Below are positions 32,947 through 44,891 of a stretch of DNA of 64,000 nucleotides, in pieces. The notes below the pieces were generated by a model. The model did no database searches. It was not told the origin of the DNA and saw nothing but the letters and a program-made list of their open reading frames with translations. The DNA comes from Bdellovibrionales bacterium (lineage in GTDB: Bacteria > Bdellovibrionota > Bdellovibrionia > Bdellovibrionales > UBA1609): the NCBI GenBank assembly GCA_965261545.1, contig CBDHDF010000007.1:128001-192000 (forward strand), given 5' to 3'. The first letter of the stretch is position 1. Every line of letters starts with the position of its first letter. The position numbers and the translations under genes were made by a program.

Positions 32947-34464
32947 ATGGGCAAACAAGGTAAGAAAAAAGGAGCAAGAATGATCAACAATATTAAGAAA
33001 TACATAGAGCTTGGACTCAGTTCGAGACAAATAGCTCGAGCTATGGGTGTTAGTCGGAACACTGTGAAGAAGTATGTGAAGGATAGTCCCGGAGGCCCTA
33101 ACAGCCGCTCAAAGGGGTCGCATGGGCCCTACCAAGCCCCATGGTCATCCAAGGTGAATTGGACAGATGTTCGCCTCAAACAAAGCCTAGGGACTCAATT
33201 AGCTCATTACTGGGAGCGACATATTCAGTCCGAGATTGACGGTGTGAGTTATCTTTCTTTTTGGAGAGAGTTTCGTCGGAGGCACCCAAGTATAAAGCTT
33301 GATATGCACCAGACATTCACCCCTGGTGAACGGAGTGAGTTTGACTATAAGGGAAAAGACTCTTGTTTTGGCTATACAGATGCCAAGACTGGGGAGTTCA
33401 TCCAATGTCGATTATTTGGGATGATACTTCCATCGAGTCAGTTTTTCTTTCCCTGCGCCACATTAACAGAGCAGCGGGAAGATGTTTTTTCCTCCATAGC
33501 TTCTGGTTTTGAGTTTTTTGGTGGTGTGACCGGAACCATTGCTTTTGATAACGCAAAGGTTCAAGTGACAAGAGCTGATACTTATGATCCCGATATTAAC
33601 TCTGAGTTTCACCTCTTGTGTGATCACTACAATGTGGCTCCTTTGGCGATGAGGCCATCTCATCCCAAAGACAAGAGTCTTATCGAAAATACCCTTGGAG
33701 TCTTTTGGCGCTGGTCTTGGCCCCAGATAAGAGAGCGACAAATGTATTCTCTAGCAGACATCAACGCTGAGTTGAAGCATTTGGCAGCTATTTTCAATGA
33801 TCGTATTCAAAAAAAGTATGGGTTGAGTCGTCGACAGAAGTTTGAATCTTTTGAGAAGTCAAAATTGAATCCTCTTCCTGAAAGACGCTATGAGAGTGGA
33901 TTCTGGAAGCATGCCAAGGTTCATCCGGATTGTCACATTCAATATAACTACAATTTTTACTCTGTTCCTTATAAGCATCGCGGCAAGAAATTAGATATTC
34001 GTATTAGCCAACAATGCTTGGAGGTTTATTCAGAATTAGAGCGGGTGGCGATACATCACATCCCCCAGGGCAGTCGAGGGCGCTACTTTACGACAAAATC
34101 TCATCTCCCTGAGTCCCACCGGGCCATTTTAGAGCAAACGCCACAAAATGTACTTAAAGAGGCATCAAGCCTTGGAGAAAGCATTCACAAAGTTGCCGAG
34201 CGGCTTATCAAAGAGCCTCGCCATCCGCTTATGTATCTTCGTCGTGTTCAGGGGATACTCAATCTAAGAAAACGGTATTCAACAGCTTCTTTGGAGCAGG
34301 CTTGCTCATTTTTTGTAGATGCAGCTTTAAGTGACATTAGGGTTCGTGGAGTTGAGAAAGTCATTTCAGCAAAAAGTCATCGAAAAGAGGAGCCAAGAGT
34401 CTGCCGTCAACCTAATGAAAATTTAAGAGGTTCAGAGCACTGGGAGAATGCTTGCCGCCACTAA
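32947..34464 (+). CDS. istA: IS21 transposase
   Basis: HTH, PGE.SEFDY, FDNAK, PKDKSLIE and NFYSVP motifs. Confidence 0.93.
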   Translation: MGKQGKKKGARMINNIKKYIELGLSSRQIARAMGVSRNTVKKYVKDSPGGPNSRSKGSHGPYQAPWSSKVNWTDVRLKQSLGTQLAHYWERHIQSEIDGVSYLSFWREFRRRHPSIKLDMHQTFTPGERSEFDYKGKDSCFGYTDAKTGEFIQCRLFGMILPSSQFFFPCATLTEQREDVFSSIASGFEFFGGVTGTIAFDNAKVQVTRADTYDPDINSEFHLLCDHYNVAPLAMRPSHPKDKSLIENTLGVFWRWSWPQIRERQMYSLADINAELKHLAAIFNDRIQKKYGLSRRQKFESFEKSKLNPLPERRYESGFWKHAKVHPDCHIQYNYNFYSVPYKHRGKKLDIRISQQCLEVYSELERVAIHHIPQGSRGRYFTTKSHLPESHRAILEQTPQNVLKEASSLGESIHKVAERLIKEPRHPLMYLRRVQGILNLRKRYSTASLEQACSFFVDAALSDIRVRGVEKVISAKSHRKEEPRVCRQPNENLRGSEHWENACRH

Positions 34465-34545
34465 TCACATAGCCCCGGTGGGTGGTTCTCAACCACCTAA
34501 CGGGTCATTTTGACCTCCATAAGAGAGGTCGTATAGGAGAAGAAA

Positions 34546-35274
34546 ATGATTAAACAAACAGAAAATTTATTAGAGATATTAAAAATGAGGGGAGTTTTAG
34601 CAACCTTGAGCCAGAGGCTCAAAGAAGCTGAGGAGCAGGATCTTGGTTACGAGGACTTTCTAAATGTCATCTTTGAGGACGAAAAAATCCATCGTGACAA
34701 TCAGAAGGTCTTAAGACTTATCAAAAGAGCAGCTTTGAAGCAAAAAGCAAGCCTTGAGGCCTTTGAAACCAAGCCCAGCCGAGGAGTCGATCGAAGAGTT
34801 TTGAGTGATCTAGCCCTTATGAGATTTGCTCAAAGAGGTCAAAATATAATTATCTCTGGCCCAACAGGTGTTGGAAAGTCATATTTGGCTTGTGCCATAG
34901 GCAATCACGCCTGTCGCCAGGGTTTTTCCACTCAGTTCTTCAGAATGAATACTCTTGTTGAAAAATTCAACTTAGAAAGAGCCCAGGGGACATATCTAAA
35001 CTTCCTTAAAAGGCTAAAATCAATCTCTATACTTGTGTTGGATGACTTTGGTATCAAACCCCTTACCTCCAGCCAATATCAAGACCTTTACGATGTGATT
35101 GATGAACGAGGCCCTGACCTGAGCCTCATTCTTACAACCCAACTTCCAATAAAAAATTGGAGTGAAGTCATTGGGGATCCCATCGTTTGTGAAGCTATTA
35201 TGGATCGCATAACCTCTCAAGCTATCAAAATAGCCATGTCTGGAAGCTCATTTAGGCAGAGAAAGACGATTTAA
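34546..35274 (+). CDS. istB: IS21 AAA+ helper ATPase
   Basis: GPTGVGKS Walker A, LVLDDFG Walker B, EAIMDR. Confidence 0.95.
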   Translation: MIKQTENLLEILKMRGVLATLSQRLKEAEEQDLGYEDFLNVIFEDEKIHRDNQKVLRLIKRAALKQKASLEAFETKPSRGVDRRVLSDLALMRFAQRGQNIIISGPTGVGKSYLACAIGNHACRQGFSTQFFRMNTLVEKFNLERAQGTYLNFLKRLKSISILVLDDFGIKPLTSSQYQDLYDVIDERGPDLSLILTTQLPIKNWSEVIGDPIVCEAIMDRITSQAIKIAMSGSSFRQRKTI

Positions 35275-35350
35275 GGAGAATCCATGCAAAAGCAGACCTT
35301 AGAAGACACCATCAGAAGACACTCCATCGGAACTATTGAATCATGTACCC

Positions 35351-35448
35351 GCCAGTTATCCACAAAATTTACCCACGGCAGCGCTGCGTTGATAGACATC
35401 GGGGTCACAGACGCAGCGTCACCATGGATAAATTTGTGGATAACTGGC
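35351..35448 (+). repeat. Long hairpin closed by inverted TTATCCACA (DnaA-box) motifs
   Basis: GCCAGTTATCCACAAAATTTACCCACGG...CCATGGATAAATTTGTGGATAACTGGC. Confidence 0.85.
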
Positions 35449-35729
35449 TCGCTATTCTCTGCCATTTTGAGCCATGGGTTCAACATCCCCATCGAAAAAC
35501 CCTCCATTGAAACCTCAAAAATGGGAAGGGCCGAGATTCTCAATGACAAAGTGGCCAATTTTAGTTGGCATCTAACATTCTGGCAAATAAGCCTTAACCC
35601 ACCGTTGGGACATCGTGACATTGAGGGTGTAAAAGTTACTGAGTCAGCAGAAAAAAGAAGGTTTAAATTGACAAAGTTTGAGCCACCGTGAAATTCAAAA
35701 TTGGACCTCAAATTGACTGACTGAGGGGT

Positions 35730-37146
35730 CAATGCCGTTTCCTTAAGCCACCACACCCCTCTGCCTCTGCGTTAAGCTATTTCTTTTAAAAGAACTCCCA
35801 GCCCTTTTGATAGACCTTTCATAGCTTCTTTTGAAGTGCCTCCTCTTCTCCATTGAAATCTTCATCAGCAACTTTATCTGCTTCCTAAATTTCTGATAGA
35901 GCCCCGCAACAAAAAGAGGGATGCTATCCATTATGAAATCAAGAATCAGTTTAAAGTTAGGTTTTTTGTAGTCATTTTTCACCAACTGATTCACACTGTC
36001 TTCATCCTCATTTATGCTCATTTGAATCTTTGTATAATTGAAGAGCCAAAAATAAGAATACAGCTCTTGCAATATTCCATTAAGGCTTGTTGAGTGCCAC
36101 TGCTCCATTTTCATTGTCGATGTAAAATCACGAAATGTCGTTTCTATTTCCCAACGACGAGAGTAAAGAGCAACCATATCCTTCTTGTCCAAGGAGCCAT
36201 GCGGAAGATTAGTGGCCAAAACAGAGAACTCCCCAGTCTTTGGGTTTTTATACTTATAGAGATGAATGACCACCCCCTCAATAACCATTTGTGAATACCA
36301 ACCTGGGCCATTAAATAAATTTACGATGGGGATAAAAGTAGAGCCTCGCTTACAACGCGCAATAAAGAAGTTACTGGCTTGAGCATGGGCCTTAATAATC
36401 TCTGTAGATAAATAAAGCCTATCGTAGAGAGTTATGCTATTACTCTCAAAACTACCTATCATTTGAATAGCATTGGCGATTTCGTTGAGAGCGGGAGAAT
36501 AGCAAAGATTCTTTGTCACACCCGATAAAACGTCATAAGCATGAGATAGATACATACGTAAGAAATGAGTTTCCATCTCATTTGGGCAAGGGTACCCACA
36601 ATAACCCTCCTTTAAAAGATCTTTAGAGCGAGGAAGTGCTAATTGGTCGCCATCTATGGCATAGATATAAAAACCATGAAACGTTTTTCTCAATGGTTCG
36701 TAGTCTGTAATCAGAGATTCAAAGATATCTTTGAAAAATAGGTAAGAAATACTTTGACGTATCTTGCTGAGACTGCTTTTGACTGGCATGAGAAGCAGGT
36801 CACCAAAATGAGTCCATACCGTCTTAAGAGCGATTTGGTAGCCTTCGTAATTTGTTCCTGAAATAAGATAGATAATGGTAAAAAAGAAAATTTGAGGATT
36901 AAATTTTCGATTCCTTTTTTGTTTTTCTGGATCGACAAGGTGCTCTGGCTTGAAGGAAGAATCAAGTTTTGGTAGAATAAAATGGTCATCTGTGACGCGA
37001 ACTCGTCATTTGGGGGCTTTCGAGATCAATATTGGATTGCATGTGACTTACTCCTTGGTTGAGGGTTGGGTGTAAAATAAAACAAGTCTTATTCTTGTCG
37101 ATTTATCTAATGATTTCAAGAGATTTTTCTTAAGGAAACGGCATTG
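35730..37146 (-). mobile_element. IS4-family element without a matching TSD
   Basis: Flanks ACTGAGGGGT and CCCCCTGAAT differ. Confidence 0.96.
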
Positions 37147-37234
37147 CCCCCTGAATAGATAGAGCCTGTAAACTATTTTGTGTAACTGCCGAATCATATT
37201 AGGATGAACTATCATCCTGAAAGGAGAAGGCAGA

Positions 37235-39063
37235 ATGGATATCAAGACAATGTGTGCCACGAAGTCACGGAGGTGACATGCTGATGTGAAGATGGAGGTA
37301 GGTCCTCCGCACTCGGATTTCAGGATTTGAGTGCAAACAACCTTGCTGCTGCATGGGAGGCAAGGCCCTTGTAGTGAGCGAGCAAGGAAAAGGCCGTAGT
37401 AAACGGTCATGTAAGTACTAGGGAGATGAGCGAAAGCAAACCCACCGACGACGCATCGAAAGATTAACAGTCGCGTCAAAACCGAAGGAAGGTTGTCTCC
37501 GTCGGGATAAGTCTAGAGGAAGCCTGATGACCGATCTAGACGGCGTGCGGTGTATAGGGGGCATGAACCTAGTACAGGCTTCGTATCGGAACGTGGGAAC
37601 CTGCTGGTGGATGATAAGGGAAACGCTATAAGGGAGACCCCCGAAGTGCTAAATACCGATGCCACCAACCAGGGGCAGAGTGATTCGTAGTAGTGATGAA
37701 GTTCTTGTAATGAGAATGGAGCGAAGGGGTCACATGATTTATGGAAGTAGTCAGGCCAACTTGGTTATGCTGAGGAGGAGCCTAATGAAACGGAAAATCA
37801 TAGGAGCCGTGTGAGGGGAGACTTTCAAGCACGGTTCTGTGAGGGGCAGTGGGGGAAGTTCCCACTGCCTACTCGATAGGCAAGGAACTAGCGAAGAACG
37901 TCAAGACCCAAAAGGATTTATCCGACATAACGGGTCAACTGATGAAGGTTGTTTTAGAGACAGCTCTTAATGCGGAAATGGACGATCACCTAGGTTATGA
38001 GAGGCATGAGAAGTCTGAGACCCGCAAATCCAACACTCGCAATGGTTACAGTAGAAAGACCATAAAGGGAGAGAAAGGCGAGGTGGAGCTTCAGGTCCCC
38101 CGTGACCGAAGTGCCTCCTTTGAGCCCCAAGTCATTCCCAAAGGCAAGACTCGTCTTGAGGGCTTTGAAGACAGTATTCTGACCCTCTATGCGAGGGGAA
38201 TGACGACCAGGGATATTCAAGGAGCTATCAAAGACCTCTACCATGGTGCAGAGATATCCCACTCAGTGATAGCCAACGTGACGGATGCTGTTATTGATGA
38301 AGTTACGGCTTGGCAGAACCGCCCCTTGGATAGCACTTACCCTATCGTATTTTTGGACTGTATCGTGGTGAAGGTCCATCAAGACAAGAGAGTTATTAAT
38401 AAGGCGATTTACCTAGCTCTTGGTATTACAGAGGAGGGTCAGAAAGACTTGTTGGGCCTATGGATTTCTGAAAATGAGGGTTCAAAGTTTTGGTTGAGTG
38501 TTTTGACTGAGCTGCAAAATCGAGGGTTGAAAGACGTATTTATATTTTCTGTAGATGGTCTTACAGGTTTTCCTCAAGCCATTTCAGCGGCTTTTCCCAA
38601 GTCTAAAGTGCAACTGTGCATTGTCCATATGGTCCGCAATTCCCTTCGCTATGTTCCTTCCAAGGATATGAAAGCTGTCGCCCAAGACCTCAAGTCCATT
38701 TATGGCTCTACGACTCTGACAGAAGCTGAAAAGGCCCTTGAGGAATTTTGTACCAAGTGGTCTTCCAAGTATCCGAATATTGAAAAGTCTTGGCGTAGGA
38801 ATTGGGACAATCTCATCACTATTTTCGATTATCCGGATGAAATCAGAAAGATTTTTTATACCACAAACGCCATAGAGTCGTTAAATAGCGTGATCCGCAA
38901 GGCGATCAGAAATCGTAAGATATTTCCCAGTGATCGGTCGGCTTTAAAAGTTGTATATTTAGCGATAAAAATGGCCTCTAAGCGATGGACACGACCATTA
39001 CACAACTGGAAGCCAGCCATGAACAGGTTTGCCATTGAATACGGTGACCGTTTTGACAACTAA
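37235..39063 (+). CDS. IS256 transposase split by a group II intron (exons 37235-37251 and 37878-39063)
   Basis: Joining the exons gives ATG GAT ATC AAG ACA AT|A GGC AAG, identical to copy 1. Confidence 0.9.
37252..37877 (+). ncRNA. ORF-less group II intron (IIB, class D/RmInt1-like), 626 nt
   Basis: 5' GTGTG and 3' ACTCGAT; DV GAGCCGTGTGAGGGGAGACTTTCAAGCACGGTTC at 37804-37837; EBS1 GTTGTCT (37492-37498) pairs with exon AGACAAT; no TSD. Confidence 0.95.
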
Positions 39064-39433
39064 GTTTTTTAATAAATAAGGTCCCCTTATAAGAGGGCTT
39101 AAAAGCCCTCTTAGGCGTTGACAGAAATGCTGGAATACGAGACTATGGTTAAGGGTAATATAGTATGGGAACCTAAATACATGCCCTCTTGGGCAGACTT
39201 GGGTTTCCATTTTTTTTCATATTTCATCCCAATGCTGGTATTTCTCGAATATCCCAAGTTAAAAAAAATAAAAAAAGGGGGTAATATAGTATGGGAACCT
39301 AAACACATGAACCCTTTGATGAGATTGGAATTTCCATTTTTTTGAGAGAGCTATTGCTGATTTTTTTCCAACCAAGATGATAATTATTTATTTGAGTTCT
39401 TTCCAGTTCTGATATGATCCCATTACGGCTCCA

Positions 39434-40713
39434 TGAGGTGGACCCCAATGTCAGACTGAAAAACTTGATTTTTAAGCTACACCACAGCGCACAAAGAAGC
39501 CCCGTGTTAATGTGTTAAATCCACCTCTCCCATATGCACCTGATAAGGGGTGCAATCCTGAAGAGACTGGTGTGGCCTTTTATTATTATAAAAATTAAAA
39601 TACGTTTTAAAACCTTTGTTGGCTTGAACCATTGATTTGTCTTGATAGCCTTTCAAGTAAACCTCTTCGTACTTAACAGACCGCCAAAGCCGCTCGATCA
39701 TAATGTTGTCTAAACACCTGCCTTTGCCGTCCATACTGATCGAGATTCCATGATTTTTCAATAATTTTGTGAAAACCTCAGAAGTGAATTGGCACCCTTG
39801 ATCAGTATTGACGATATCAGGGCAACCAAATGTTTCTATGGCTTCCTCAAAGACTTCTAAACAAAAAGTTGTCTCAAGGCTATTAGAAAGTCTCCAAGAC
39901 AGAACAAATCGGCTAAACCAATCTATCACAGCTACCAAGTAAGCAAAGCCACCAGACAACCTTATAAAAGTAATATCAGTAGCCCACACTTGGTTGGGGG
40001 AGCAGATATTAAGCCCCTTAAGTAGGTAGGGATAAACCTTATGCTGATGGTTTCGCTGACTGGTGTTTGGACCTGGGAAGATAGCGAAAAGACACATCTT
40101 TTCCATGAGCCGCTGAATCCTCTTGCGGTTGACCCCATGGCCATTAAGTCTTAAGTGAGCTGCCATTTTACGGCTCCCATAAAAAGGGGTCTCCAAGTAC
40201 TGTTTGTCAATTAAACTCATCAGTTTTAAGTTGTAGGCACTCTCAGGTATGGGCTTGTAGTACAAGGCTCCCTTAGAGAGTCCTAGCAACTCACATTGGC
40301 GAGTGACACAAATATTTGGATGTTTCCAATTGATAGCGGCTTTTTTCTCAGGCATTGAAGCTCTCAGATTTTTTTTTTAACCAATCATTTTCAACCTTTA
40401 ACTGCCCTATTTGCCGATACAATTCATCAATGGTTTTTCTTTGTTCTTCTACCTCGTTGTTGTCCTTTTTTTTGCTCGCTAAGGCCTTAGGAATGGCTTC
40501 AATAGCTTGCTTCTTCCAATCTTGGATTTGGATGCGGTGAACTCCATGCTTGGAGGCCAACTCTGCCATTGTGTCAGTCTCACGAATGGCGTCAAGTGCG
40601 ACTCTGGCCTTAAATTGTGCGCTGTGTTTCTTTCTCATTATCCCCTCCTATGAGGGGCTTTTTACCCGCTGCGGTGTAACTTAGCAACCAGTCTGTTTTT
40701 GGGGTCCACTATA
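39434..40713 (-). mobile_element. IS3-family element (1280 bp)
   Basis: TIRs TGAGGTGGACCCC / GGGGTCCACTATA; 3-bp TSD CCA. Confidence 0.94.
39507..40638 (-). CDS. IS3 transposase OrfA (40348-40638) and OrfB (39507-40355), -1 frameshift fusion
   Basis: WATDITF, TDQGCQF and DNIMIERLW motifs; A10 slippery run at 40369-40378. Confidence 0.92.
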
Positions 40714-41076
40714 CCATCTCCCCATTAAATTATAATGCATTGTGACTGACAAAATCGCTTGAAGGAAAAAATGTCAATTATACATTGACGAATAATATGG
40801 AGCTGTGCTTTTTACCAGGAGTGGAGCCACATAAGTGGCTTTAAGATTTAAGAAAAAAATTGCAGTTACACAATTATTTTTACAGTCCCAATAGATACAA
40901 TATCACAATGAATGAGACATATAGGATTTTTTCTTGACTCTATTGCGGTTTGAGTAGCCTTAGGCCAAAGATACCACAGGAGGATGAGCTAACTGCACAA
41001 TCAGAACTTAACGCACTCCTAAACTTGAATATGGTTAACAAAAAGTAAGAAAAGATGGTCTAAATAAAGTATTGGA

Positions 41077-41262
41077 TCACACCTTCCACAAATGGCTGGT
41101 TTTAACCCTCCCTCCCATCGGTGCTCTGTCCGCAGTACCAAGTCCATTAATTACGTGTAGCTCCAGATTCACTTTTGGAGATTTGTAGACACAATTTTGA
41201 AATAGAAATAATGGTATGGAAAAAAAGAGAATTAATAAGACAATTTGTATTTTCCTTTTCAT
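41077..41262 (-). pseudogene. Truncated FQNC-type lipoprotein N-terminus
   Basis: SD GGAGG; MKRKIQIVLLILFFSIPLFLFQNC followed by an early end. Confidence 0.5.
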
Positions 41263-41404
41263 TGTGACCTCCGTACGTATTGGGTCAAAAGTAAAGTGAC
41301 TTATCACTTTTATTATAACAATCTGATATGCTTGGGTCAATATAAACCTTACTCGCAATATTGTATTTGCAACATTTCATGCAATTGTTTCATTCACTAT
41401 GACT

Positions 41405-44104
41405 CAATGCCGTTTCCTTAAGCCACCACACCCCTCTGCCTCTGCGTTAAGCTATTTCTTTTAAAAGAACTCCCAGCCCTTTTGATAGACCTTTCATAGC
41501 TTCTTTTGAAGTGCCTCCTCTTCTCCATTGAAATCTTCATCAGCAACTTTATCTGCTTCCTAAATTTCTGATAGAGCCCCGCAACAAAAAGAGGGATGCT
41601 ATCCATTATGAAATCAAGAATCAGTTTAAAGTTAGGTTTTTTGTAGTCATTTTTTACCAACTGATTCACACTGTCTTCATCCTCATTTATGCTCATTTGA
41701 ATCTTTGTATAATTGAAGAGCCAAAAATAAGAATACAGCTCTTGCAATATTCCATTAAGGCTTGTTGAGTGCCACTGCTCCATTTTCATTGTCGATGTAA
41801 AATCACGAAATGTCGTTTCTATTTCCCAACGACGAGAGTAAAGAGCAACCATATCCTTCTTGTCCAAGGAGCCATGCGGAAGATTAGTGGCCAAAACAGA
41901 GAACTCCCCAGTCTTTGGGTTTTTATACTTATAGAGATGAATGACCACCCCCTCAATAACCATTCGTGAATACCAACCTGGGCCATTAAATAAATTTACA
42001 ATGGGGATAAAAGTAGAGCCTCGCTTACAACGCGCAATAAAGAAGTTACTGGCTTGAGCATGGGCCTTAATAATCTCTGTAGATAAATAAAGCCTATCGT
42101 AGAGAGTTATGCTATTACTCTCAAAACTACCTATCATTTGAATAGCATTGGCGATTTCGTTGAGAGCGGGAGAATAGCAAAGATTCTTTGTCACACCCGA
42201 TAAAACGTCATAAGCATGAGATAGATACATACGTAAGAAATGAGTTTCCATCTCATTTGGGCAAGGGTACCCACAATAACCCTCCTTTAAAAGATCTTTA
42301 GAGCGAGGAAGTGCTAATTGGTCGCCATCTATGGCATAGATATAAAAACCATGAAACGTTTTTCTCAATGGTTCGTAGTCTGTAATCAGAGATTCAAAGA
42401 TATCTTTGAAAAATAGGTAAGAAATACTTTGACGTATCTTGCTGAGACTGCTTTTGACTGGCATGAGAAGCAGGTCACCAAAATGAGTCCATACCGTCTT
42501 AAGAGCGATTTGGTAGCCTTCGTAATTTGTTCCTGAAATAAGATAGATAATGGTAAAAAAGAAAATTTGAGGATTAAATTTTCGATTCCTTTTTTGTTTT
42601 TCTGGATCGACAAGGTGCTCTGGCTTGAAGGAAGAATCAAGTTTTGGTAGAATAAAATGGTCATCTGTGACGCGAACTCGTCATTTGGGGGCTTTCGAGA
42701 TCAATATTGGATTGCATGTGACTTACTCCTTGGTTGAGGGTTGGGTGTAAAATAAAACAAGTCTTATTCTTGTCGATTTATCTAATGATTTCAAGAGATT
42801 TTTCTTAAGGAAACGGCATTGAGGTGGACCCCAATGTCAGACTGAAAAACTTGATTTTTAAGCTACACCACAGCGCACAAAGAAGCCCCGTGTTAATGTG
42901 TTAAATCCACCTCTCCCATATGCACCTGATAAGGGGTGCAATCCTGAAGAGACTGGTGTGGCCTTTTATTATTATAAAAATTAAAATACGTTTTAAAACC
43001 TTTGTTGGCTTGAACCATTGATTTGTCTTGATAGCCTTTCAAGTAAACCTCTTCGTACTTAACAGACCGCCAAAGCCGCTCGATCATGATGTTGTCTAAA
43101 CACCTGCCTTTGCCGTCCATACTGATCGAGATTCCATGATTTTTCAATAATTTTGTGAAAACCTCAGAAGTGAATTGGCACCCTTGATCAGTATTGACGA
43201 TATCAGGGCAACCAAATGTTTCTATGGCTTCCTCAAAGACTTCTAAACAAAAAGTTGTCTCAAGGCTATTAGAAAGTCTCCAAGACAGAACAAATCGGCT
43301 AAACCAATCTATCACAGCTACCAAGTAAGCAAAGCCACCAGACAACCTTATAAAAGTAATATCAGTAGCCCACACTTGGTTGGGGAAGCAGATATTAAGC
43401 CCCTTAAGTAGGTAGGGATAAACCTTATGCTGATGGTTTCGCTGACTGGTGTTTGGACCTGGGAAGATAGCGAAAAGACACATCTTTTCCATGAGCCGCT
43501 GAATCCTCTTGCGGTTGACCCCATGGCCATTAAGTCTTAAGTGAGCTGCCATTTTACGGCTCCCATAAAAAGGGGTCTCCAAGTACTGTTTGTCAATTAA
43601 ACTCATCAGTTTTAAGTTGTAGGCACTCTCAGGTATGGGCTTGTAGTACAAGGCTCCCTTAGAGAGTCCTAGCAACTCACATTGGCGAGTGACACAAATA
43701 TTTGGATGTTTCCAATTGATAGCGGCTTTTTTCTCAGGCATTGAAGCTCTCAGATTTTTTTTTTAACCAATCATTTTCAACCTTTAACTGCCCTATTTGC
43801 CGATACAATTCATCAATGGTTTTTCTTTGTTCTTCTACCTCGTTGTTGTCCTTTTTTTTGCTCGCTAAGGCCTTAGGAATGGCTTCAATAGCTTGCTTCT
43901 TCCAATCTTGGATTTGGATGCGGTGAACTCCATGCTTGGAGGCCAACTCTGCCATTGTGTCAGTCTCACGAATGGCGTCAAGTGCGACTCTGGCCTTAAA
44001 TTGTGCGCTGTGTTTCTTTCTCATTATCCCCTCCTATGAGGGGCTTTTTACCCGCTGCGGTGTAACTTAGCAACCAGTCTGTTTTTGGGGTCCACTATAC
44101 ATTG
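41405..44104 (-). mobile_element. IS4-family element with IS3 inserted 2 bp from its tip
   Basis: TSD CACTATGACT at 41395 and 44105; ORF 41418-42464. Confidence 0.95.
42820..44099 (-). mobile_element. IS3-family element, copy 2 (orfA 43734-44024, orfB 42893-43741)
   Basis: 3-bp TSD CAT; near-identical to the 39434 copy. Confidence 0.94.
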
Positions 44105-44239
44105 CACTATGACTATATAACTTGACTTAGTTATTAACACCCAAACATATGTAATATATTGAGATTACTTAGAAATAACTGATCAAAAGTCTTTCAATAT
44201 AGTCAATACTATTATTCTATAATTGTAGGAGGTTGCAGT

Positions 44240-44891
44240 ATGAGGACAGGAAATATCAAAGTGAGATGCCCTAAATGTGGAATGAGTTACAAGGGAAAGG
44301 CAAAGTTAAATCAGACAAGAATCAAAAGCCAATTCAAAGATACCGATGCAAACCATGCAATCATTATTTCACAACAAATACCCTTCGTACCACAAAGAAT
44401 CAGCGTAGGCTTGATTTAAACAACAAGGTCTATTTATTGTGAGAGGAATACGCTACGTGGTATTAGCCGATTGCTTGGCTGCGAATATAACAAGGACATT
44501 CAATCTATTTCTAGCGTTGATGAGCAACGCAAAGAACTTGGGTTCTCAACCACATATGTGCCAAGTTAAGGCATCATAATGTCACCTTAACCACAAGACA
44601 TGGGCCACCACAAAGAGCAGGAGCGATTACAAATGCAGCAATTCCCGCCGAAATTAGTTTCTGCTACTACAGCCTGTTTCAGGAGGTTTTGAAAAAACAT
44701 ATCGTAGATTTTTCCTCTATTTTTGGCCAATTTTGAGAGGTATTGCTTTGCATTAAGTTGCTGTAATCAGAGTGTATATTTAAAATAGAAATGCCAGGTT
44801 TCAAAACGAATCTCGGCGGGAATTGCTGTTACAAGTGCACGCACCTTGACTTGCTTATTGCATTCAAAATGGGTATAAATTAGTGGCTTAA
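44240..44891 (+). pseudogene. Decayed IS1-like transposase
   Basis: SD GGAGG; CPKC...QRYRCKPCNHYFT Zn ribbon; LRGISRLLGC HTH; NHICAKLR and KTWATTK fragments in shifting frames. Confidence 0.65.
44636..44828. mobile_element. 193-bp MITE of a second family
   Basis: TIR CAGCAATTCCCGCCGA(A/G)ATT; 9-bp TSD TTACAA(A/G)TG. Confidence 0.85.

Larger units (their letters stand above)
32795..35729 (+). mobile_element. IS21-family element, right end cut at an IS4 copy
   Basis: 5'-TG start; four AATTTCAC..TTGACCCAC repeats at 32800-32895; istA-istB. Confidence 0.9.
37162..40889 (+). mobile_element. IS256 copy 3, carrying a group II intron and an IS3
   Basis: 8-bp TSD AATAGATA; both TIRs intact; 3' tail is a variant allele. 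Confidence 0.95.

Noticed and set aside
35271..35756. Passenger ORFs in the IS21 tail
   Set aside because: Overlapping ORFs on both strands across a palindrome, with no recognisable motif.
37849..37877. Alternative N-terminus MGEVPTAYS of the 404-aa IS256 ORF
   Set aside because: This is intron domain VI read in frame, with no convincing start context. Leaky initiation cannot be excluded.
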